Assembly: GCA_951406725.2 (NCBI GenBank)
Contig: OX597815.1
Span: forward strand, 213,714,001-213,778,000
DNA length: 64,000 nucleotides
From: Octopus vulgaris
Taxonomy: Eukaryota
Direction of reading: 5' to 3'
The translations under genes were made by a program, and so were the position numbers. The stretch's first letter is position 1. Each line of letters starts with the position of its first letter. Shown here one piece after another: positions 1-10,990 of this stretch. Below the pieces are notes generated by a model. The model made no database searches, was not told the DNA's origin, and saw nothing but the letters and a program-made list of their open reading frames with translations.

Positions 1-248
1 ACCATTTTACGTCTTACATTTGTACGGTGTTCACAGAGCATTGAGCAGCCATCATGATATTTAGCCGAAGCGAATTCCTCCATCTCAGTTAACTTTTATT
101 CAGCTACAACTATAATCTTCGTAGTCTTCAACGCCGTTGACTGTTCGCCAGTACATAGAGCCGTTCTTGAAGAAAAAGGAGACACAAAAATCGTCAAATG
201 AGGCCCGAACACCCTCTACGCGCCCGCGTATACACTCACACCCACCAA

Positions 249-299
<51 letters not shown>

Positions 300-419
300 A
301 CAATCAAGGAACGGTCATAATAGGCCATTCACCCACTAGAAATAACAGCCAAAAGCTTTAACCGCAAAATAACGTCAATTCCGTAAACCAGGAGAAAATT
401 GAAAAACATTTACCCTGTA

Positions 420-526
420 ATTTCTTAGACGATGCACCGTTTCATCTTCTGTTTAATGGAAAACTAACCTGATTAAATTAAATCAAGCCAATCTACCATA
501 GGCCCTTAGATTCATCAGTAAGAAAT
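420..526 (-). ncRNA. Type I hammerhead ribozyme (copy 1)
   Basis: Reverse complement of the motif at 1754-1860. Predicted cleavage between 428 and 427. Confidence 0.85.
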
Positions 527-911
527 AGCCAAACCGGAACAGATATTTTTCACGAGGCATTCTCATTGCTACCTCGTCAATATCTGACCTAAAATTTTCA
601 AATCGTCGCACTCGCGCCAAATTTATCGGCAGCAAATAAATATAAGCCGCCGATTCCATTACGGAATTAACCAGAAAATTCATAATTAATCAATATAGGG
701 TGGCAAAAAAAATTTTGTAGAATTCTTTTGCCACCAGCGGCCTAGTGGGAAAAAATTAAATAGTCATAAACCATTTTTAAGTTCAACATCAACAATCAAG
801 GAACGGCCATAATAGGCCATTCACCCACTAGAAATAACAGCCAAAAGCTTTAACCGCAAAATAACGTCAATTCCGTAAACCAGGAGAAAATTGAAAAACA
901 TTTACCCTGTA

Positions 912-1018
912 ATTTCTTAGACGATGCACCGTTTCATCTTCTGTTTAATGGAAAACTAACCTGATTAAATTAAATCAAGCCAATCTACCATAGGCCCTTA
1001 GATTCATCAGTAAGAAAT
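912..1018 (-). ncRNA. Type I hammerhead ribozyme (copy 2)
   Basis: Same motif, one 492-bp period after copy 1. Confidence 0.85.
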
Positions 1019-1403
1019 AGCCAAACCGGAACAGATATTTTTCACGAGGCATTCTCATTGCTACCTCGTCAATATCTGACCTAAAATTTTCAAATCGTCG
1101 CACTCGCGCCAAATTTATCGGCAGCAAATAAATATAAGCCGCCGATTCCATTACGGAATTAACCAGAAAATTCATAATTAATCAATATAGGGTGGCAAAA
1201 AAAATTTTGTAGAATTCTTTTGCCACCAGCGGCCTAGTGGGAAAAAATTAAATAGTCATAAACCATTTTTAAGTTCAACATCAACAATCAAGGAACGGCC
1301 ATAATAGGCCATTCACCCACTAGAAATAACAGCCAAAAGCTTTAACCGCAAAATAACGTCAATTCCGTAAACCAGGAGAAAATTGAAAAACATTTACCCT
1401 GTA

Positions 1404-1510
1404 ATTTCTTAGACGATGCACCGTTTCATCTTCTGTTTAATGGAAAACTAACCTGATTAAATTAAATCAAGCCAATCTACCATAGGCCCTTAGATTCATC
1501 AGTAAGAAAT
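1404..1510 (-). ncRNA. Type I hammerhead ribozyme (copy 3)
   Basis: Same motif, two periods after copy 1. Confidence 0.85.
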
Positions 1511-1753
1511 AGCCAAACCGGAACAGATATTTTTCACGAGGCATTCTCATTGCTACCTCGTCAATATCTGACCTAAAATTTTCAAATCGTCGCACTCGCG
1601 CCAAATTTATCGGCAGCAAATAAATATAAGCCGCCGATTCCATTACGGAATTAACCAGAAAATTCATAATTAATCAATATAGGTGGCAAAAAAAATTTTG
1701 TAGAATTCTTTTGCCACCAGCGGCCTAGTGGGAAAAAAATTTCCGGTTTGGCT

Positions 1754-1860
1754 ATTTCTTACTGATGAATCTAAGGGCCTATGGTAGATTGGCTTGATTT
1801 AATTTAATCAGGTTAGTTTTCCATTAAACAGAAGATGAAACGGTGCATCGTCTAAGAAAT
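1754..1860 (+). ncRNA. Type I hammerhead ribozyme (copy 4)
   Basis: Stem I ATTTCTTA (1754-61) pairs with TAAGAAAT (1853-60). Core CTGATGA at 1762-68. Stem II ATCT (1769-72)/AGAT (1833-36) encloses a long hairpin. GAAA at 1837-40. Stem III ACGGT-GC-ATCGT (1840-51). GUC cleavage triplet ends at 1852. Confidence 0.88.
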
Positions 1861-2246
1861 TACAGGGTAAATGTTTTTCAATTTTCTCCTGGTTTACGAA
1901 ATTGACGTTATTTTGCGGTTAAAGCTTTTGGCTGTTATTTCTAGTGGGTGAATGGCCTATTATGGCCGTTCCTTGATTGTTGATGTTGAACTTAAAAATG
2001 GTTTATGACTATTTAATTTTTTCCCACTAGGCCGCTGGTGGCAAAAGAATTCTACAAAATTTTTTTTTGCCACCCTATATTGATTAATTATGAATTTTCT
2101 GGTTAATTCCGTAATGGAATCGGCGGCTTATATTTATTTGCTGCCGATAAATTTGGCGCGAGTGCGACGATTTGAAAATTTTAGGTCAGATATTGACGAG
2201 GTAGCAATGAGAATGCCTCGTGAAAAATATCTGTTCCGGTTTGGCT

Positions 2247-2353
2247 ATTTCTTACTGATGAATCTAAGGGCCTATGGTAGATTGGCTTGATTTAATTTAA
2301 TCAGGTTAGTTTTCCATTAAACAGAAGATGAAACGGTGCATCGTCTAAGAAAT
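2247..2353 (+). ncRNA. Type I hammerhead ribozyme (copy 5)
   Basis: Same motif. Predicted cleavage after 2345. Confidence 0.88.
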
Positions 2354-2739
2354 TACAGGGTAAATGTTTTTCAATTTTCTCCTGGTTTACGGAATTGACG
2401 TTATTTTGCGGTTAAAGCTTTTGGCTGTTATTTCTAGTGGGTGAATGGCCTATTATGGCCGTTCCTTGATTGTTGATGTTGAACTTAAAAATGGTTTATG
2501 ACTATTTAATTTTTTCCCACTAGGCCGCTGGTGGCAAAAGAATTCTACAAAATTTTTTTTTGCCACCCTATATTGATTAATTATGAATTTTCTGGTTAAT
2601 TCCGTAATGGAATCGGCGGCTTATATTTATTTGCTGCCGATAAATTTGGCGCGAGTGCGACGATTTGAAAATTTTAGGTCAGATATTGACGAGGTAGCAA
2701 TGAGAATGCCTCGTGAAAAATATCTGTTCCGGTTTGGCT

Positions 2740-2846
2740 ATTTCTTACTGATGAATCTAAGGGCCTATGGTAGATTGGCTTGATTTAATTTAATCAGGTT
2801 AGTTTTCCATTAAACAGAAGATGAAACGGTGCATCGTCTAAGAAAT
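2740..2846 (+). ncRNA. Type I hammerhead ribozyme (copy 6)
   Basis: Same motif. Predicted cleavage after 2838. Confidence 0.88.
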
Positions 2847-3232
2847 TACAGGGTAAATGTTTTTCAATTTTCTCCTGGTTTACGGAATTGACGTTATTTT
2901 GCGGTTAAAGCTTTTGGCTGTTATTTCTAGTGGGTGAATGGCCTATTATGGCCGTTCCTTGATTGTTGATGTTGAACTTAAAAATGGTTTATGACTATTT
3001 AATTTTTTCCCACTAGGCCGCTGGTGGCAAAAGAATTCTACAAAATTTTTTTTTGCCACCCTATATTGATTAATTATGAATTTTCTGGTTAATTCCGTAA
3101 TGGAATCGGCGGCTTATATTTATTTGCTGCCGATAAATTTGGCGCGAGTGCGACGATTTGAAAATTTTAGGTCAGATATTGACGAGGTAGCAATGAGAAT
3201 GCCTCGTGAAAAATATCTGTTCCGGTTTGGCT

Positions 3233-3339
3233 ATTTCTTACTGATGAATCTAAGGGCCTATGGTAGATTGGCTTGATTTAATTTAATCAGGTTAGTTTTC
3301 CATTAAACAGAAGATGAAACGGTGCATCGTCTAAGAAAT
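3233..3339 (+). ncRNA. Type I hammerhead ribozyme (copy 7)
   Basis: Same motif. Predicted cleavage after 3331. Confidence 0.88.
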
Positions 3340-3564
3340 TACAGGGTAAATGTTTTTCAATTTTCTCCTGGTTTACGGAATTGACGTTATTTTGCGGTTA
3401 AAGCTTTTGGCTGTTATTTCTAGTGGGTGAATGGCCTATTATGGCCGTTCCTTGATTGTTGATGTTGAACTTAAAAATGGTTTATGACTATTTAATTTTT
3501 TCCCACTAGGCCGCTGGTGGCAAAAGAATTCTACAAAATTTTTTTTGCCACCCTATATTGATAA

Positions 3565-3595
<31 letters not shown>

Positions 3596-3705
3596 AGTGT
3601 GCACGCGTGTGTGTATATAGTATACATACAACATATATACATATATTTATATATATATAACTCGTTATTTGCGTATGGCGTCTTGTACCCATATATGCAT
3701 ATGTA

Positions 3706-3758
<53 letters not shown>

Positions 3759-4033
3759 CTCTATCTCTCTATCTCTCTATCTATCTATCTAACGTTTTCG
3801 TTATCTATCCCTTCTGTTTTGCATATGTGAATTACAGGGTATGTCGTGTGTGGAGCCCCACTTGTAGAAAATAGAAATAAACAGTCTTGACTGCCATTTC
3901 TAATTTTTTTCGGTATGCGGCCAAGCAACCTGTTGCCTGTCCTTTTTTCTTATACACAGTATATATACTGAACTTTACAGAAGTTCCTACCGTTAATCGG
4001 CTATATTTACATACCGAATTGTGGTCTTTTTTT

Positions 4034-4109
<76 letters not shown>

Positions 4110-4772
4110 ACACACATATATATTATTTATATTATTAGTTAATTGAACGCCACGCATCCATTTCCGAGTAAGTTTATCTTAACCATTTTGATGCGACACT
4201 ACACTTTACTGTTTTCTCCCCTGTCCTCGCTAATTCCCATTTTTCCCTTTCACCGTTTTCTGTCTGTCTGTCTCCCTCTCCCTCTTTCTCTTTTTCTGTC
4301 TCTCATTACTCACACGTGACCATCGTCTATCTTTCCTTTTCTCACGTGACTATCTTTCTTTCCTGCACGGACATTCTAAGGACTGGACGTCTCCTATCTA
4401 TTTTCTTTTCAAAGAAAATATTTCTCTCAGCGCTCACTATTTTCATCACGTTCAGGTCTAACGACCCTCCATGCTTGTTTTCGTTCGGTTTCCCTGTATC
4501 ACTCCACCGTCCTGATTTTGTTCCTAACTTTGATCCTCCATAAATCAAAAATTATATTTTGGTATTTATGGGAGCAACAGTCTCATATTGTCGTTGACTG
4601 CTCGAAATGAGGAATAGATAGATAGCCGACAACTGATGAGGGGTCATTCTTTGTATTACTTTCCTTTTTCTCTCTCGTTATTTGCTTATTTAACTGATTT
4701 GTTTTCGTAGTTCATGTTGTTTACTGTTGGTGACGTCATGTACCCATATATGCATATATATGTGTATATATG

Positions 4773-4824
<52 letters not shown>

Positions 4825-4826
<2 letters not shown>

Positions 4827-5030
4827 ACGGGAAGCTTTATGAAGATAAACAAAAGACGAAGGCAGGTGGAGTACAAACAAACAATTGTATTAGTATGGCG
4901 CTCAGGAATATAAATAAAACAAGTCTTTTACGTTTCGAGCCTACGCTCTTCAACAGAAAGATACACAGAAAAGAAACATGGCGAGAAACAAGGAGAGAAA
5001 AAAAATGCGTGCAGAAGCTAGCGATTCAAC
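4825..5030 (-). mobile_element. Penelope-like (pLTR-type) repeat fragment with degenerate minimal hammerhead at 4924-4961
   Basis: Minus strand reads TCTTT-CTGTTGA-A-GAGC-GTAG-GCTC-GAAA-CGTA-AAAGA. Abuts (TA)n. Confidence 0.6.
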
Positions 5031-5269
5031 ATGAAGCTTAAAATTTATAGCAATCCCCGTGCTATGACTAAGAGAACAGTCTAATATTGGGGCATATACG
5101 CTCTCGACAGAAAAAAGTAGGCTTTACCATCCCCGTAGGACTTGAACGCACATCCCTTTGTTAACGCGGGAAAGCCTGTTTTTTTTCTGTCGAGTACTCA
5201 TACGGCCCATTATTATTATTTACAGGATTGTTAAATTTGGCGCCGTATAACAAAACCATCCTCACCAAT

Positions 5270-5271
5270 AC

Positions 5272-5302
<31 letters not shown>

Positions 5303-5470
5303 TGTATGTATGTATGTATGTATGTATGTATGTATGTATGTATGTGTGTATGTACGTATGTATGTATGTATGTATGTATGTGTGTGTATGTATGTATGTA
5401 TGTACATACATACATATAAATATATATTTATATATATATATATATATACATATACACATGTGTATATATG
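5270..5470. repeat. (TATG)n/(TA)n microsatellite
   Basis: Direct reading. Confidence 0.95.
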
Positions 5471-5628
5471 TATATAATAAATACATACATGTAAGAAGAG
5501 GGGAGAGAGAGAGAAAGAGGACGAGAGGTCAGATAGGTAAGACATGAATGCATTCATACACACACAACAAGCATTCAAGGAAACAAATCTAGCTTTGAAA
5601 AATCCCTAGAGAAAGAGAGTCATAGAAT

Positions 5629-5700
<72 letters not shown>

Positions 5701-6724
5701 GAGAGAGAGTGAGAGAGAGTGAGAGAAATGTCAGCGTATGTGGGCGTGTGAGAATCTAATCTCTGTGTTTGTATGTTTGAAAGAATATTTATTTAGAGTT
5801 GATCTGAAATATTTGCTCAGTTATAAACTCGTTGAGAGAATATGAAAGTCTGACTAGCGAGAGAGCATTACTATATGGAGACAGCTGAAACGAATTTGGC
5901 TTTGCTTTTTAGTTTGATTGTAGAAATCTATATCGATATTTGGAATCTATCATCTGGTAGTATTGTTGTTGTTGTTGCTGTTAGTATTATTTTTGCTGTT
6001 TAGCCCCAGGCCTCTCCTAATGAAGGCGATCTGTTGTCATATCAAAAGCCTTCTCTCACATATTTTCAGACACAGTATATCCCGGTTGTATCAGGCACGA
6101 GCAACTTTTTTTGAGAAGGGGGCCGCACGAGATATGGCTCATTATCAAAGGGGCTGCACTGCTAAATAAATTCAAAGTTGTTTTCCGTCAGATGTGCCAG
6201 TCGGAAAATCCTGCCTACCGCATTTTCAACGTTATTCAACATTTTCAAAATTATTCAACGATTCCTAATTTATTGTTTCGTTTTAATTATTCGGGGTGTT
6301 CAGAGCTACTTGGCTGTTATTTCTAGACATTCGGATGACTATGTTAAAGCAACCTCACTGCAAGTGTGAACTTAATCATAAGCGTATAACTAAAAACGTT
6401 GCGAGACGCCATGGAGCAATTAAGTTGATTGATTCTGTATACGTATAAAAGTTTACCCATATTCTAATTAGTAAGGATTAAAACCGTAAGAGAGAAAGAG
6501 AGGAAAAGAGAGAAAATGAGGAGAATAGAAGGAGAAAAAGAGAGATAGAGTAAAAAAGAAAGAAAGAGAGAGAGAGAGGATTGCATGAGTATTTGATAAC
6601 TCGGGTATAATGTAATTGCCATCCTACTTAGGTTCTGTTCCAAGAGAAATAACGAACTTTTTTTATTTTATTAAAAATGACTCAGAAGAGGTTAAAGGGA
6701 GAAATATAAAATAATTAATCCTAA

Positions 6725-7360
6725 TTTTAGCTAAAAGTTAGCAATTTTGAGTCAGTTACATCGAACCAGTGCTCGACTGGTAATTATTTTTGAAGGGATA
6801 AAAGGCAAAGTTAGCACCGTCGGAATTTGCACTCAGAACGTAATAAGTCAGAAGAAACACTACGAAGTATTTTGACAGACGTGCTACCAATTTTGCCAGT
6901 TCGCCGCCTTAGAAAGTATGAAAATAATAGTTTCAAATTTTAGCGCAAGGCCAGCAATTTTCAGGGATGACGAAATCGATTACATCGACCCCAGTGCTCA
7001 ACTGCTACGGTACTTATTTTATTAACTCCAGAAGTATGAAAGGCAAGGTCCACCGCCGTGGATTTGAACCCAGAACGTAAAGACGGACGAAATACTGCTA
7101 TGCAATTGGGTTGGTGTGTTAAAGGAAGGAAGCACAAAATAATGATTTCAAATTTTGGCACAAAGCCAGAAATTGCGGGTAAGTGGGGCGAATCAATTAC
7201 ATCGACTCCAATGGTCAACTGGTGCTTATTTTAATGTTCCCCAAAAGGATCACAGGCAAAGCCAACCTCTGTGGATTTTGAACTCAGAAATCCACAGACG
7301 GACGAATTACTGCAAAGCATTTTGTCCGGCACCGTAACGATTCTGCCTGTTCGCCGCTTT
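6725..7360 (-). mobile_element. Three adjacent degenerate copies of tRNA-derived SINE family A
   Basis: Reverse complements of GGCGGCGAGCTGGCAGAA...GTTCTGAGTTCAAATTCCGCCGAGGTCGACTTTGCCTTTCATCC. Confidence 0.8.
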
Positions 7361-8235
7361 AAAAAGCACAAAATGATAAAATACAAAAGATAATAGAGTT
7401 GCAGAAGTGAGTTTAAAAGCTTCCTGTTATAATCATATTTGAAATATGTATTGCGCATAGCCTTTGAATTCATACACATGCACACGTGACGCACACACTC
7501 GAGTAGAATTAACATGATCCAATTTCACATAGATGGTGCTTTGATTTACAGTTGCACTCAACCCGACTGGCCTTCACAGTTTCTGTCAACCCAGTTTCTC
7601 CTAGAAGCCTTTGGTAAGTATGGTACTTAAATGGGAAGTTTAATTTAATACTGCTCCAATTGCGTCTACTGGGTTCATATTAAGCCAGGCGCCTATTCGT
7701 AATACCAGTGAATAAATTGTTCTGTTTTCCATATCGGAGCCAATAAATCTCGTTTAGGTATAGGGTTAGCTGTGAGTGCATGTCATCGATAAAGCCTACC
7801 TAGGCCTAAATGCACCTATTGTTTTCGTTAGCTATTGCTGGGTCGACTTTTCGTCTGGCTCTGATAAGCATTGTGTTTTTAAACGTAGTACATCCATGCG
7901 ATCTACTATCTGTGGACGAATACTGCAGTAACTGGCGTCTCAACGATGTATACATTAGAGTCTTTTGTTGTTATTTTACCTGTTTCAATCATTGTACTAT
8001 AGCCATGCTAAGATACACAACTGTATTACCCCCCCCTACAAATTGTTTATCTCCCTTTCATTGCATCATCATCATGTGTATGGTGTTAATTGGCTACTCA
8101 CCAACTACAGTGAGAAAATAGTTTTAGCTTCAATGATGACTTGGACACATAATGTTTTATGATGTCATTCGCCTGATGAAACTTACAGTAGAGGCACTGA
8201 TTCAACAAACTGTAAAGAATATAACTGCTCAACTT

Positions 8236-8452
8236 AAGGCGGTGACCTGGCAAAAACGTTAACCCGACGGACAAAGCGCTTAGTGTCATTTCGTCCATCT
8301 TTATGTTCTGAGTTCAAAAGCTGCCGGGGTCGACTTTGCCTTTCATCCTTTTCGGGTCGATAAAATAAGTACCAGTTGACCACTGGCGTCGATGTAGTCG
8401 TCTTAACCTCCTTCCCCGAAATTTCCGGCCTTGTGCCAAAATTTGAAACCAA
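8236..8452 (+). mobile_element. SINE family A copy
   Basis: GTTCTGAGTTCAAA B-box-like motif plus central domain GTCGACTTTGCCTTTCATCCTTTTCGGGTCGATAAAATAAGTACCAG. Confidence 0.85.
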
Positions 8453-8637
8453 TATAATTACTCAACTTTGTATTGAATTCTTTATGCTTATTTCATCTTG
8501 AAACAGGCTAGAGTTATTATACAGAAAACCACATGCATACGCATACGTACATAACATACACACTCACACACACACACACATATGTATAAATATATATGTA
8601 TAAATGATATAATACATGTACATATGTATAGGTATAT

Positions 8638-8671
<34 letters not shown>

Positions 8672-9278
8672 GCGTGTATGTGTATATGCACATACACATA
8701 TATACTTACACACACACATACATATCTATTACGCATAACAGACTACATATGAACACACACTCATATATGTACATATATATTTATGCATGCCATACGTGTG
8801 TGTGTGTGTGTATGTGTATGTGTGTGTGTGTGTGTGTGTGTACCCGTTACTAGGTTCTAATTCTTTTTCAAATTTTATTTGTGTCTGCATGCACACAGTT
8901 TAAACAAACAGGCACCCACACGCAGCCACCTCTACACAAATATAAACAAACAACCGGCTTAATTTGAGGGCTGAAATCCCCTAGGGACCATGTGGGCGTG
9001 ACAGTCTCAGTAATGGAATTTCAATATACTTACGCTTCATTCAGCTGTCTGTCTATCACTGTTTCTCTCTTCCTCTCTGTATACATGTGTGTGTTTGTGT
9101 ATACATGTATACATGTATGCATGTATGTATATACATGCATACATACATACGTACGCACGTACGTACTTACACACACACACACACATATATATATAATTAC
9201 ATATAATGTATGCATAATATATATATATATATATATATATTTATTGGCTAAACTGGCAATATGACCATTCCGAAATAT

Positions 9279-9361
<83 letters not shown>

Positions 9362-9446
9362 CATACATATATATATATAACATGCATAATTTGTATGTAT
9401 AATTTGTGTGTGTATGAATATATATATATAGCGTATATATAATATG

Positions 9447-9495
<49 letters not shown>

Positions 9496-9845
9496 GCATA
9501 TAGATTGTTTTATATAAAAATACAAATGTATGTACTTATTAAATGCTCAGACACACACGCACGCGCACACCCTCACATAGCTATAGATATACATCGATGA
9601 TGTGTGTGTGTGTGTGTATGTTGGATCTGTGTATGTAGGGAAGGTTTGTGTATGTCAGCAGCTATTTGGGGTTAAATATGCAAATTACATGCATGCGTGT
9701 AGTGCCTATACGCAATACGCACATTTGTTTAAGATGTGTCTGTGTACATATTTATAATAATGTATACAGGTTTTCTCGGCTGCACACAAGCTGTAAATCA
9801 TCAAAATGTAAAGAAGCAGCCGATGGCCAATGCCACAATTGTAGT

Positions 9846-9935
9846 CTTTTATTCCTTTATACGTATCTCAGACATTTGGCTGCAGCCATGCTGGAGCACC
9901 GCCTCGAGGGGTCTTAGTCGAACAAATCGATATCA

Positions 9936-9979
<44 letters not shown>

Positions 9980-10942
9980 CCTAGTCCTTACTTTATCTGA
10001 TCCTTTTGCTGCACCGCTAAGTTACGGGGACGTAAACATACCAACACTGGCTGTAAAGCGGTGGTGGGTGAAACAAACATCAGCACAAACACATACATAG
10101 ATATATATATATACACAACACTTATGCGAGCACATATTCTTGTAAATTTGGTACGACTCTACACTCTGTCTGTCTCTCTCTCTTACATTTACTTCGCATT
10201 CTACGTTGATCTGTCCCCTTCTCTCTCTCTTCTCTCTACTCATCCTCCTTTTCTCTTCTCTTGCCTCTGATTCTTTGGTCTACTCTTCCCCTACCCTTCC
10301 ATTTCTTTGTCTTGCCTTGCACTCACAGGTCAATCTTTGACAACCATCCCTTCTCCCCTCCCTAATTCCTTCTTTCTCTCTCTTCTCCCCCCTTGTTGCT
10401 TTCGTCCCTCTTCTCTCTCTCTTCCTTCCTTTGCCTCCCCTTCTTTTCTTTTCTTTTCTCTCTTCTCCGTCACGTGACTGCTGGCCAAAATCCACCTTTC
10501 GGCCTCTGACCAGCGCCGTGACAACATCGTTGTCCTTGTTCGCCGCTAAGGCAATTTTTCCAAAATACGCCAGCCAAACTTGTTTGCACTGTTATTAGTC
10601 GTAAGACACCTGCTGTTTTTACCATTATTGCTTTTGTATTTCATTATTATTTTTTGTTTTTTATATTCGTGTGGCACCGTCCGTTTTGCTGTCCCTGTGT
10701 TCGTATGCATTCGATCCTTCTTCCAGTAAATCTACGCTCCTAGCTTAGTTTTTCTAATGCTCGTTGCTTAGTTTTTCCTGGAGGGCTGGCCGGATCTAAA
10801 ATCTCAAGATTAATCAGCCGAAATTACTACGATGATCCGGTTCTTGACTGAAGACTGAGGGCTTCGAATGTCCTGTCTGTGTTTGTTGTATCGTCTTCTA
10901 AGTTTTTATGCGTTCTTGTCAGTTTGTATTTTTCTACATATC

Positions 10943-10990
<48 letters not shown>

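Larger units (their letters stand above)
296..1740 (-). repeat. Left arm of 492-bp tandem array (about 2.9 units), candidate non-LTR retrozyme, ribozyme on minus strand
   Basis: Unit start ATCAACAATCAAGG recurs at 296, 788 and 1280 (period 492). Units are nearly identical. A (TA)n tract lies immediately left at 252-295. Confidence 0.95.
1741..3562 (+). repeat. Right arm of 493-bp tandem array (about 3.7 units), reverse complement of the left-arm unit
   Basis: Starts TTCCGGTTTGGCT (reverse complement of 1511-1523). Period 493 (ORF copies at 2090, 2583, 3076). Ends ...CCCTATATTGAT, followed by (TA)n. Confidence 0.95.

Noticed and set aside
11-110. Possible minus-strand exon ending at donor GTAAGA (position 17)
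   Set aside because: Short, reading frame ambiguous, no recognisable product, and at the window edge.
2030-2075. Helitron interpretation of the array (hairpin near CTAG on the left-arm strand)
   Set aside because: The array ends do not coincide with TC/CTAG termini. The complete hammerhead explains the unit better.
2090-2290. 66-aa ORF repeated in each array unit
   Set aside because: No recognisable domain, and it overlaps the ribozyme helices. Identity between copies reflects the repeat, not coding selection. Translation from the circle cannot be excluded.
296-3562. CRISPR array, or a second ribozyme in the opposite polarity
   Set aside because: Units are wholly identical with no unique spacers. 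No CUGANGA...GAAA core was found on the antisense strand of the unit.
4600-4650. GAAA...CTGATGAG as a type II hammerhead
   Set aside because: Stems I and III cannot be formed.
8129-8180. C/D-box snoRNA-like pattern (TTCA-ATGATGA...CTGA-TGAA)
   Set aside because: Only 52 nt, with at most about 9 nt of possible rRNA complementarity. Compatible with chance.
10843-10880. CTGAAGA...GAAT motif here and at about 16050 as hammerheads
   Set aside because: GAAA is replaced by GAAT and no convincing stems I and III are present.
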